NCBI GenBank assembly: GCA_030583785.1
Contig: CP129475.1
Span: forward strand, 914,209 to 978,208
Length of the DNA stretch: 64,000 bases
Reading direction: 5' to 3'
Origin: Candidatus Dojkabacteria bacterium
Lineage (GTDB): Bacteria > Patescibacteriota > Dojkabacteria > B142 > OLB20
The notes under the pieces are model-generated. The model did no database searches. It was not told where the DNA came from and worked only from the letters and a program-made list of their open reading frames with translations. This document shows, piece after piece, positions 36,821 through 47,300 of this stretch (its first letter is position 1; every line of letters starts with the position of its first letter). Made by a program: the position numbers and the translations under genes.

Positions 36821-37951
36821 ACGATTGATCGCGTCAGCAGAAAACTCATCGTCTTGGCACTATATCTAGACTCGCTTAGTCCGGGTGCGGTTTCTGAATT
36901 CTGGTTACCTGCCCCTGTTCGTAAAGAATTAAAACAAGAAGTGCCCAAAAGCATAGATTTAGACAAAATATCTTTCGAGATCAACTCTGAAATAACACTG
37001 CTCCTTGATCGTGAACGCAGGTCTTACTTAAGCGAAATCGCCAAATCGATCATTTTTCAAATTACTGCGATTCTAGAAGACGAAGAAAAAAGCTTTGCAG
37101 ATTTTAATCGCAATTGTTTCGGAATAATTGTCGAACGAGCTAGCGAAGTTGAAATAAAAAGGCTGGATGACAAAATAATTGATCTGGAATCAAGACTCAG
37201 AAAATCAAGGTACGATGTACTTGCAGAAAATCGAGTAGATAAAAGATCTCTACTTAGGCAATTTTCGCAACAGGTCGAAAACGCGAAAATTGCCATGCCA
37301 CCAAACCTTGCCTTACCTGAATCAGAATCCTTTTCAGTCAGTTCAACATCTCGCAAAGTATGGTCTGCATTCAATAAACATGTAGCTCCATTTAAATCCG
37401 AATTAATAATAAATAAAGACTTTGATTTCACCACACATGGACTAGCCAACTTGGCAGCACACGAAGGCTATGGCGGACACCATACAGAGTTATCATTAAA
37501 AGATAAGCTTCTCGTCAACGAAGGCAGAGGAGAGCATAGTTTTGTATTAACCTTCAGTCCGCAGACATTTATAAGTGAAGCTATCGCTGAATCGGCTTAT
37601 CAACTTCATGGTCTTAATCCCTTAACCAGAGAATCAATGCTAATTTGGTATTACGAAAAACAGTTGATGGCTCTTCAGAATCTGGCAGTCTTTCTGCATT
37701 TTGAAGACGGACTTGAAAAGCAGGAGATCATGCACAGGCTTGACGGTTATGATGTATCCGAAACTGATCTGCAAAAATTAGTTAATTTCGCCACCGATAA
37801 AAAACTTGGTAGATATGCGCACATTTATCATGCCGGATTTAGATTTTTGCAAAGCATTATTCAAAGACTTGAAGATAAAAGTCCATTAATAAAAAGGATA
37901 TATACAAGACCGGTAACTCCAAATATGCTTCTGGTTCAACACGCTGTCTAA
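36818..37951 (+). CDS. Hypothetical protein (377 aa)
   Basis: ORF of consistent length. No motif recognised. Confidence 0.45.
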   Translation: MTIDRVSRKLIVLALYLDSLSPGAVSEFWLPAPVRKELKQEVPKSIDLDKISFEINSEITLLLDRERRSYLSEIAKSIIFQITAILEDEEKSFADFNRNCFGIIVERASEVEIKRLDDKIIDLESRLRKSRYDVLAENRVDKRSLLRQFSQQVENAKIAMPPNLALPESESFSVSSTSRKVWSAFNKHVAPFKSELIINKDFDFTTHGLANLAAHEGYGGHHTELSLKDKLLVNEGRGEHSFVLTFSPQTFISEAIAESAYQLHGLNPLTRESMLIWYYEKQLMALQNLAVFLHFEDGLEKQEIMHRLDGYDVSETDLQKLVNFATDKKLGRYAHIYHAGFRFLQSIIQRLEDKSPLIKRIYTRPVTPNMLLVQHAV

Positions 37952-38006
37952 GAAAGGATTTGACAACTTTGCTATTATTTTAGGTATTAATTCAAAATAA
38001 TTTGTT

Positions 38007-38909
38007 ATGAGTAAATTATCTCTACTGCTTGCACTTGTGTTAATCATTGTCGGAGCATTTGTCGTGCTCTCCAATAACGAACAAGGTCTTCAGCAAGAAC
38101 GAACTGTTGCCGCCTCAATTGCACCACTAGCCAGCCTCGTTCAATCTGTTGCCGGAGACAAGATCGAAGTAGTTCAAATACTTCCTGCAGGTAGCAGTCC
38201 ACACACATTTTCACTCGCAGTTTCAGATAAGCTGAAGATCGAAAAGGCTGAAGCAGTTTTTGTCATTGGTCACGAACTTGATGACTGGGCCGTTGAAGGT
38301 CTTTCCGAAGATAAGATTCTACAGGTTGACAGCGGAATAGAACTTAAAGAAGCTGAAGATCACGAAGACGAGCTCGAAGCAGATCATGATCACGAAGGAG
38401 AAGATCCCCACTATTGGTTATCCTTAACGAATGCCATAATCATGGTTGATAATATCGAGAGCCAACTTTCGAAACTCTACCCACAAGATAAAGATACATT
38501 CGTTGCCAATGCACAGTCACTTAAATCTGAACTTGAAACATTGCGCAATGATGCTGTCGCAAAATTCTCGCAGTTGCAGAACAAAGAATTGGTCACTTTT
38601 CATAATGCTTTTGCTTACTTTGCAGATGATCTTGGTTTAGAAGTGATAGCAACAATAGAAGAATTCCCTGGCAAAGAGCCAACGGCAGCTTACCTAAAAA
38701 GTGTTGGAGAACTTATACAAGAAAAAAACATCAAAGTACTATTCAAAGAGCCACAACTTTCTGATGCAGTTATTAAACCACTAGCAGAAGATTACGGTGC
38801 TAAAGTTCTTACTCTTGATCCCATTGGGGGCATAAATGGCAGAGAAAGTTACCTTTCAATGATGCACTATAACATTGATACAATCTTTAGCGCTCTCAGC
38901 GAAGAATAG
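38007..38909 (+). CDS. znuA: Zinc ABC transporter substrate-binding protein ZnuA (TroA-like cluster 9)
   Basis: Signal/TM N-terminus. A His/Asp/Glu-rich loop EAEDHEDELEADHDHEGEDPHYW is typical of ZnuA, along with metal-ligand His residues. Confidence 0.8.
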   Translation: MSKLSLLLALVLIIVGAFVVLSNNEQGLQQERTVAASIAPLASLVQSVAGDKIEVVQILPAGSSPHTFSLAVSDKLKIEKAEAVFVIGHELDDWAVEGLSEDKILQVDSGIELKEAEDHEDELEADHDHEGEDPHYWLSLTNAIIMVDNIESQLSKLYPQDKDTFVANAQSLKSELETLRNDAVAKFSQLQNKELVTFHNAFAYFADDLGLEVIATIEEFPGKEPTAAYLKSVGELIQEKNIKVLFKEPQLSDAVIKPLAEDYGAKVLTLDPIGGINGRESYLSMMHYNIDTIFSALSEE

Positions 38910-39828
38910 TTTGTTTAAAGAGTTCTGCAACTTTCTGTTGATAAGCAAGAGCACTCTTGCTCATAAAGGCGATGCGGGTTTCTTTGTTATAGTCAGGAAG
39001 ATCCTGCCAAGTTGTGCGGCTAAACACAGTGTTTAATAATTTATAGCCAGTGTCGGTTTTTATTATTCCTTTGATGCGAATAAATCCCCACGCAGAAATT
39101 TTCTCTAACAATTCATCGATAGCTTGTTGCGAATAAGTGTTATTTGAATCTGTAAAACCGAAAGCTTGAACAGAGTCTGCATGTTCGTGATGCGAATCAT
39201 GATTGTCGTAGTCTAAATTTTCTTTAAAGTCCACCAGCTTTGGATCGATCCCTAAAATTGCATCTTTATGAATATTGCCGCTAGCAGTTTTTATAATTGG
39301 CACACCCGGATAAAGATCGTGAACATAGTCGAGAGCTTTTTCGAGTTGTTTCTCGTTGACCAGCGTGATTTTATTCAGGATTATTAAATCAACATATTCT
39401 GCTTGTTCTTTTGCCATAACACTATTGTCTCGAAAAGCTTCGTAATTAAGAGCATCAACAACAGTGACAAGTCCATCGAATTCAAGTTTATCAACTCGCT
39501 TAACCTGTATGATTACCGGAAAAGGATAGGCGGTTCCGGCAGTTTCGATAATGATTCGATCCACTTCGATTGTATCTGCAATTTCAATTAGGGCTTCGTG
39601 TAATTTACCGACAAGAACACAACATAAACATCCGTTTAATATTTCTTTGGCAGCAATATTTTTTGCTTTCAGAAGTTCGCTATCAATATTTACATCGCCG
39701 TATTCGTTTTTTAGCCAGACAGTTTTGTAATCATCTGGTAATTGTTTTACAAGATTTCGAATGACGGTTGTCTTACCTGCTCCAAGTGATCCGCTGATTA
39801 TTGTTGTAGGAATCTTTTTTTGACTCAT
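38896..39828 (-). CDS. COG0523-family GTPase (CobW/ZigA-like putative zinc metallochaperone)
   Basis: Walker A GSLGAGKTTVI and the GCLCCV (CxCC) metal-binding motif. It converges on and overlaps znuA. Confidence 0.8.
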   Translation of the reverse strand: MSQKKIPTTIISGSLGAGKTTVIRNLVKQLPDDYKTVWLKNEYGDVNIDSELLKAKNIAAKEILNGCLCCVLVGKLHEALIEIADTIEVDRIIIETAGTAYPFPVIIQVKRVDKLEFDGLVTVVDALNYEAFRDNSVMAKEQAEYVDLIILNKITLVNEKQLEKALDYVHDLYPGVPIIKTASGNIHKDAILGIDPKLVDFKENLDYDNHDSHHEHADSVQAFGFTDSNNTYSQQAIDELLEKISAWGFIRIKGIIKTDTGYKLLNTVFSRTTWQDLPDYNKETRIAFMSKSALAYQQKVAELFKQTILR

Positions 39829-39958
39829 GGATTTTGTTGTCTCACAATAAATAAAAGCATACCATATTTATTTTTTTTTGCTAATTATTTTCAGAAAAGT
39901 ATTGTCATGTCATGATAGCCAAGTTAATATGTAGTCATATAATTTTTACTTAATATAA

Positions 39959-40159
39959 ATGGCAACGAAAAAAACTGCCAAAAAGCCGGTGAAGAAGGCT
40001 GTTAAGAAACCGGTAAAGAAAGTTGCTAAGAAAGCAGTAAAGAAAACAGTAAAGAAGGTTGCAAAAAAAACAGTTAAAAAAACTGTAAAAAAAGCAGCTA
40101 AAAAGACAGTTAAAAAAACTGCTAAGAAGAGCACTGCCAAAAAAGCAAAGAAGAAATAG
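39959..40159 (+). CDS. Lysine/alanine-rich histone H1-like DNA-binding protein
   Basis: 66 aa made of (A/T/P)VKK(A/T) repeats. The DNA is a tandem 15-18 bp repeat. The overlapping minus-strand ORFs are Phe-rich mirror artefacts. Confidence 0.6.
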   Translation: MATKKTAKKPVKKAVKKPVKKVAKKAVKKTVKKVAKKTVKKTVKKAAKKTVKKTAKKSTAKKAKKK

Positions 40160-40160
40160 T

Positions 40161-40184
40161 AACGACAATAGGTCGTTTTTTAAT
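40161..40184 (+). terminator. Rho-independent terminator hairpin (aacgac-aatag-gtcgtt + TTTTT)
   Basis: A 6-bp stem followed by a T-run, 2 nt after the stop of the Lys-rich gene. Confidence 0.5.
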
Positions 40185-40190
40185 GCTTAC

Positions 40191-40221
40191 AAACACTCCT
40201 TTCGAGGAGTGTTTTGTGTTT
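40191..40221 (+). terminator. Second, stronger terminator hairpin (aaacactcct-ttcg-aggagtgttt, then tgtgttt)
   Basis: A 10-bp perfect stem and a U-rich tail. It supports the later start (40256) for the downstream gene. Confidence 0.55.
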
Positions 40222-40255
40222 AGAAGTTTGTAAACCTTTTGGTATAATCCGATCT

Positions 40256-41323
40256 ATGAATGAATCGGACTTGCAAATAAAGCTTGGCGAGATTACCTCT
40301 GCCATGATGGCTTATCTAAGTGATAAGCTATGTCCAGACCTGAATAATCCTCCAGCTTCTTATGATTATCAAGGTATCGAAATACCACTTGAATGTTTTT
40401 ATTTGAATATGCCCCTGTTCTGGCAGCCAAGACCGGGGGCGAAGATTGATGGAGCGCATGATTATCGAGCATCAGAATCATTTGTTCTGCGACCTGATAA
40501 TGTACGAATTCCCTTATCTGGTTCCGCAGTCTCGCAGGCTGCAATAGTTCATGCGGAATCAACAAAAAGACACGAGATTTTACTCCCTGCATTTGTTCGT
40601 AGCGGAAATACAATTTTTGCAGATGATGACTTTTTTCCTCCGGATAGCTTTTTTAAAGGAGAGGATCTTGCCGGATTGACAGTTATAAGAATGGTCGACT
40701 TGTATCGTACATTTGGAATGTTTCCTGAAAATCTTTATTCTTCAGGGTTGTCCGCTGTAATGCAGAGTTTTGATTTTCGTGGCCGAAGGATTGTCGATTT
40801 TGGATGTGGAGAAGCAAGTCAATTGTTGCTTGCAGGTATCTTGGGTGCAGATTCTGGAATCGGTATAGATCTTCCGAGTTCTGTCGACGAAGATTTTAGA
40901 ACAAGGCACCAACAGAATCTAGCCATGAACAAATTAGATATGCGCATCATCGTTGAAGGATGCGATCTTAATAATGATCAGGCTGCTTCGGTAATTGAAG
41001 ATTTATCTTTGTTAAACAATCTTCGCTCTCCCAATACTGCAATCATAAATATCGGTCCTTCATATGATAGACGCGATAACGAAGAAGGTTCACATATCAA
41101 AGCATTAGAAGCTTTGTTTGATTTACCCTATGTTGATCTTTTATTTGCAGGCGGTTATGCAAGTGTCTACTCTGGTGATACGCATCTTGCACCAAGCCAT
41201 ATTATCGAAAGTCATGATCTTGCGATGCAAATCATTAACGAACTATTTGAAAATGTCTTAGTTTATAACCTTCCTGGAAACATGTTGGTTATTGTTGGTC
41301 GGGGCAGAAAAGTAAACGCTTAG
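40256..41323 (+). CDS. Putative SAM-dependent methyltransferase-like protein
   Basis: VDFGCGEASQLL resembles methyltransferase motif I. Start set at MNESDLQ, downstream of the terminators; the listed ORF start is 40214. Confidence 0.4.
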   Translation: MNESDLQIKLGEITSAMMAYLSDKLCPDLNNPPASYDYQGIEIPLECFYLNMPLFWQPRPGAKIDGAHDYRASESFVLRPDNVRIPLSGSAVSQAAIVHAESTKRHEILLPAFVRSGNTIFADDDFFPPDSFFKGEDLAGLTVIRMVDLYRTFGMFPENLYSSGLSAVMQSFDFRGRRIVDFGCGEASQLLLAGILGADSGIGIDLPSSVDEDFRTRHQQNLAMNKLDMRIIVEGCDLNNDQAASVIEDLSLLNNLRSPNTAIINIGPSYDRRDNEEGSHIKALEALFDLPYVDLLFAGGYASVYSGDTHLAPSHIIESHDLAMQIINELFENVLVYNLPGNMLVIVGRGRKVNA

Positions 41324-41325
41324 AA

Positions 41326-44300
41326 CTATTTAAATAGTAGCGATGCACCATTAGAATAGTACTCCCTCTTAACATCTTCTTCAGTGAGAGCGTAGGTGAA
41401 GTGTTTTGTTTCATCTAGCACAACAGGCACATAAATATTAACATTTCTATATCTAGCAAAGTTAAGACCAGTATTGTAGTTGGCGATTAATCCGCCACCA
41501 GTATGACTGCATATTAATTGCCCATCTATATAAAATTTTAATGTACCTTGAGCATCATAGGTACCAACTAGATGCATCCACTCTCCGACTCTACTGTTCC
41601 AATAGTTAGCTCCGGTGCCACATGAACGGTTCACTGTCACTGTTGATGTTTTAACGAAGAAGCCTAATCTATAAGGATCGGGTCCATAGTTCCCAACGGA
41701 ACTTAATCTGTAATGATAAAAAGGATCGGTATGCGAAGTGAAATCTTTTCCAAAAATCAAATCGTTGCCCGCACCGACATAGGTCTTAGTAAATTTGACC
41801 CAAGTAGATAGAGTGAGTTCTTGTGGCGGGTTAAGATATGCACTCGTGGAAGTAGTTGCATAATCATTGGTTCCATCAAATTCGTGACAGCCATTATATT
41901 TACAATTTGTTGGTGCCAACCAGGCAGTGGAAGGTGTCGTATTTAGAAGTGTTGCATGAAGTCCATTACCAGAATGATCAAAGGCTGTTGTTCCAGAACC
42001 TTCGTCAAATTTCCAATACCCAGTTGGCGCTCCACCATTATATTCCAGAGCAATCTCTCGGACAGTCAGTGCCCGTTTCCAAATCTTAACATTGTCTATG
42101 CTACCGTTAAACATCCATGATCCTCCCCAAGAAGGATTGCCACCTATTGTAAGCGGTTGAGCACCGTTGTGAATGTTCCCCGTAAAGTTTACCGCCGTTC
42201 CAGGCAGTCCATTAACTGTAACTCGAATATTGCTTCCGTTATAAACGCAGGTCGCAAAATTCCATTCCCCATTAACATAATTCTGACCTGTAAGACTATA
42301 AGCAAGTGTTGATGGGGTCGTTCCATTTGTTGACATCCAGCAGCGGACTCTGCCATCAGCTTCAACACTTAAATGGAATTCGTAAGCATTTGCTCCCGCC
42401 ATTTTTGCTACCAATGATCTTTGCGCTGCCGTTGATGTCTTAAACCAAGCGCTTACAGTTATTTGGTTAGACCAGTCAAATAGAGAAGAGTCAGCAGTTG
42501 AAACATACTGATCTGATCCGTTCAGGTTAATCGCTCCCCCAACTTTGCCTCTTACCCAATTTGCGTCAGTAGTATTATTTAGTGTTCCGTTTGCAGCATT
42601 TGTTGATGAGTCTACTGCAGTTACACCTGATTTGCTATCTAACTTATAGTGCACAGCAAGATCTTGAGTGGTTTGTTTTTCGGTTGATTGGGTAAGATTA
42701 AGAAAATCTGTAGATTCTGGAATATCTTTGAGATCGTTCAAGGAGATAATTTCGTCATCGGTTAGAATTTTTGAATAAGCACGGAAATCGTCAATATATC
42801 CCGAGAAGTTGAACCCCCAGCTGTTGAGATATTTGTTTCCAATTCCAAATGTCGTTGCGAAGTTAGAAAAAGTTGTAGTTGTCGTTTTGTCTAAAACACC
42901 ATTGATATAAAGTTTAGTATTAGAATTACCTAAAAGGATCACTATATGAGACCATTGATTAGTTGGTATGGTTGAGTTGCTAATCTCAACCCATGAAGCT
43001 CCTGTCCAAGCATTAATTTTATTGGAAAAAAATGCCAAAGCAAAGTTTGAAGTAGAACCTGAAAGTGCACCAAATATTCTTCTGTCGTTAGCTGTAGTTG
43101 TTGGGTTGATCCAGATACTGAATGATTTAAGAGTTGAATTAAAGCTTCCTGCATTAACATAGCTTGTCGTACCATTAAGACTCACTGATCGATTGCCAAC
43201 AATACTGGTAGATGATGTAGTTGCTCCACTTACTCCTGTGCCGTTAAATGTCTTACTTGTATCCATTACCTCTCCTGTTATATTTGAGTAGCTTTGCTCC
43301 TCGAACTTATAGTGTCGAAGTAGGTCTTCATTAATTGATGAAAATATATAATCGAAATCTGCAATTTTACTGAAGCTGGAAACAGCGTAATTGAAGAATC
43401 TAATGTCGTCGATTTGACCGGAAAACTCGTTACCAATATCACTCCCGCCGATAAATAGAGAACTATTGTTATATAGGGCTCCTGTTGAGGATAATGTTGT
43501 GTCATCGGGACCTGCTCTTTGGCCATTAACAAATAGTTGCAACTTAGTATTCCTTTTGACGCACAATGCATGGTGCCACTCTGAATCATCATATTCAGCA
43601 GTGCTTACGACGCTATCTTCTGGGAAAGAAATGGCATCGTCGTCGATGCCGCATACGACCTTCCCGGTGCTATCAAGGTATAGACTGTAACCAATAGAAT
43701 TGCCTAGTCCTCCTTTACCAACTAGCAAAGAATCACTAGATACAGTTCCGTCTGTTTTAAACCAGGTTGCAATAGAAAAACTGCCACCTGCTGCCACATC
43801 AAGAAGGTCGTTGTCGGGAACAGAAATATAATCATTAGTGCCATCAAAACGAAGTGATTTTGATATTTTCCCTTCTTGCCACTCGTTACCAGACATATTT
43901 TGCAGAGTTCCGTGTAGGTTATTTAAAGATGAATCGTTAGCTGTAGTACCTTCTTTTTCGTCAAGCTTCCAATGTGCTATCGCATCTGGTTGGAAAGAGT
44001 AGAGATCTTCAACAGCTTTCTTGTCGAGTGCAGTTCGATAAATACGCACATCGTCAATTAAACCGTTCCATGGTGCGATATTTGTTGTGGTCTGAATCCC
44101 AACTTTTGTTGAGGCGGCATTGCTGATTGACCCTGTGGTTGTGTCAGCTACTTCACTAACAAGCACTCCGTCTAGATAAAGCGATAATGTACCTTTTGCT
44201 TTGTCCCTAACTCCTACAAGATGATGCCAGTCCGAATTTACATTGTTAGAGCTGCTTGCTGTAGGATTATTCGAACCATCCCATATGGCGAATTGCCAGG

Positions 44301-47300
44301 TGTTATCTGAGTGTAGTTTAAGCACATACGGATAGGTTGTTCCTGTATTATATCTTTGCACAGCGGTCCTGATTGTACCTGAAGTTGGATTGTTGGCTTT
44401 GACCCAGGCACTAACTGTAAAAGAGTCGTTTGCTCCAAAATTGAGGGCGTTATGGTTAAAGTTGACATAATCGTTGGTTCCGTCGAAACTTCCGGAGTTC
44501 CCATAAATTGAATTTCCGGTTACGACTGCTCCGCCAGTTGCTGTCCCATGAAAATTATTTCCAGAAGCGTCTATTACCTGGTTTGCGGTTCCATTCCAAA
44601 GACCTTCGTCAAACTTCCACCAGGCTAAAAGTCCGCTCCTGTCTTCGTTGTTACTTGTTCCAAGAACTTGAGAGTAGCTGTTGTACTCTTTTAGAACCTC
44701 ATCTGTTGTAATTGCTCTATCATAGAGTTTTATTTCGTCCATGAATCCATCATAGTTCTGACTGGTTACTGATAGGTGGTTTGAACCAAATCTAAGTGGG
44801 GCAGTGTTATTAATATCAAGTGAAGATATTGCTAAACTATTGTCAAGTACCCCATTAATGAATATCTTTAATACATTACTCTCACGCATAAATACATAAT
44901 GTCGCCACCGGCTGTCATCGAGCGCAGATGCATTTGTTTCAAGTTCGTTGGCATTAGAAACGCGAAAGATTGTTTTCCCAACAGGGCTAACAAAAGGGGT
45001 GTCAATAAAAGCCGTCATCCCCTGATAAGGTGTTGATGGATTAGATGTTTTTATAAATAATGTTGCGTAGTTTGTGGCACCTCCTTGTTGATCGTTAGCT
45101 AAAATCCACATAGAAACTGTAAAGTCTCCTGTACCCATGTTTAACAAATCGTGATGATCGACCTGAAAAATGTCGTTGACACCGTCAAGTTTAAGACAGT
45201 TTCCGGATACACATTGATTAACTCTTAGAGGATCCGAGGTCGTGACATAAGGAGCCGTTCCTAAATAGCCATCAAGCTTTGATCCGGCTGTACCATGATT
45301 CTTTAATATCTGCCCCTCAGTTTCATCTAGTTTTAGCCACAGAAGCGGACCTTCGCTTTTCACTTCAGATCCTACCACGACAGTTGTTGGTATCGAAGTG
45401 GCATGTTGTCCAACGGCTATCCAATCTAAAACCACGCTGTCGCTAGTATTGCTTGTTTCAAAGCGTAAGTACATATTTTCGTCGGGAACATTTGTGGTTA
45501 GTGCGCCAGCAGAAGTATTGTCAACGATAAAATCAGTATTGCCGGTTCTCCAAGCTATCTCAAACACCCTTGCTACAGTGTTTTCGGCGATTGATCCTGC
45601 AGTTGTAGTAGTTGTACCTTCGTTACTTGTGTTTCTGATCCAGTTTCCGCTGGCGGATGTGAAACTGAAATAAGCAGAATCATCGGCATTGAAATTGTTT
45701 GCAAAAGTTCTATTAGAAAAACCTAGCCTTGCAATGTCTAAGGTGTTTGAAGATTGCGAGGCTCTAAAAAGAACTCTGGAACTAGTTGCAAAGGTGCTAT
45801 TTGAGACAAGACCTATTGTGTTTGATGCATCCGATAATGTGATAGTGCCATTATTATTAATTTGAATGTTGCCGTTAAGCTCAAAGCCGCTAATAGTTTT
45901 ATCTGAACTCTTGTGGTTTTCTGAAGATTCAACTTTGATGTACTTGTTGAGTGATTTTTGGTTTTCAATTTCTGTATTAATCCATCCTCGGCTAAGTCCG
46001 GTTGATGCAACTCGAACTTCGTCCATAACACCATCAAAATAATAACCATTACTAAGATGGGCACCTATTCTTGATGCACCAGTAGGGTTTGTTCTAAGGG
46101 TTTGTGAATACGCTGTTGTATCGACAAGGTTTCCATTTATATAGATGTTTTTTGATGATCCATTATATACACAAGCGATATGTGTCCATACTCCCGGCTT
46201 AAGGACACCTCCGGCAATAGAGAATGATTGTGAATGAAGCACACTACTTGCGTTGACTGTTCTAAAGAGAATTAATTGGTTTGAACCTTCTATGAAACAA
46301 CTATATTGTGTATTTACTGCATTCGTTGCGGATTTTTCAAAAATTAACATGTTCTTTGTTGTATCGTCGAGTTTGACCCAAGCTGATATCGAAAGTTGTT
46401 GCAGATCGAGTGTTGCCGAGCCATCAATCGCAAAGTAATCGTTTGTTCCATCGAAATCGATTCCATTCCCAACTATTCCCTCAACTGAAGCAGAACTTAG
46501 CATGCTACCGGACATAGTAGCGTTATTGGCACTTCCGGAACTATCAAGAAGTTGAGGAGCTGAACCCGAAGGATCTTGATTCATATGTTGTACAAGGCGA
46601 TAGCTTCCACTCCAAACTGCTGTACTATTTGTTTCGGACGCTGAACTGTTGGCGTAGTATATGTAAAAGTGATTATCATCAGTTGCTGATAATGTAGGGG
46701 CAAGAAACCAGAGTTTTCCTGTGTCAGTAGAGGTATTTAGACTGACAAGCTCTCGATTAAGTTTGGTGACTCCATCTGCAGCAGTAATCACAATGTCATC
46801 TCCATCAGCATCTACTCTGTCAAAGAACTCCGTACCGAGAAGTGACAAATCAAGATAAACTGGGAAGTCTGTAAGGGTAGAAGCTCTTACCATTTCTTTG
46901 GCAATCGTGAACTTTTGTCTTAGCCCCCATGCTGAGTTATACCAAGGTGCTTGCTGAATTGATAGATCCGAGAAGAAATTGAAAGTGTTTGCTCCCGATG
47001 AGTAGGCATTAGCAAGTTGATTCCCATAATACATATAAATTTTTGTGCCGCCGACTTCAACCCTAGGCATTCTGACCCAAAAATCTGTACTCGTTGAATC
47101 TCCGCAGGCAAGATCTTTATCAACAATCCAATATGGAAGAAGATTTCCGGCTCTATCAACAAAGCGAATGTCTTGACAATTGAATTGCAGTTTGCCTTCG
47201 TTAAATAGCGTTTGCGTGTTTACGGCAGTTATCTTAACTTGAAAGTTAGTTAGGAGTGCAGTGTTTCCTGAGATATCGACTTCTCTTCTATAAGCCCAGC

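Noticed and set aside
37960-37988. Sigma70-type promoter call upstream of znuA (TTGACA at 37960)
   Set aside because: A good -35 hexamer, but no convincing -10 at 16-18 bp spacing (only GGTATT/TATTAA variants). Left as a note rather than a feature.
39946-40168. Two minus-strand ORFs (64 and 72 aa, Phe/Leu-rich) overlapping the Lys-rich gene
   Set aside because: They are reverse-complement readings of the AAG/AAA-rich tandem repeat. The plus-strand product has a plausible start and two downstream terminators, while the antisense frames have no independent support.
41856-46438. Multiple short ORFs on both strands inside the 6.1-kb LamG-repeat gene
   Set aside because: All lie within a single long, motif-supported ORF. 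They are spurious frames.
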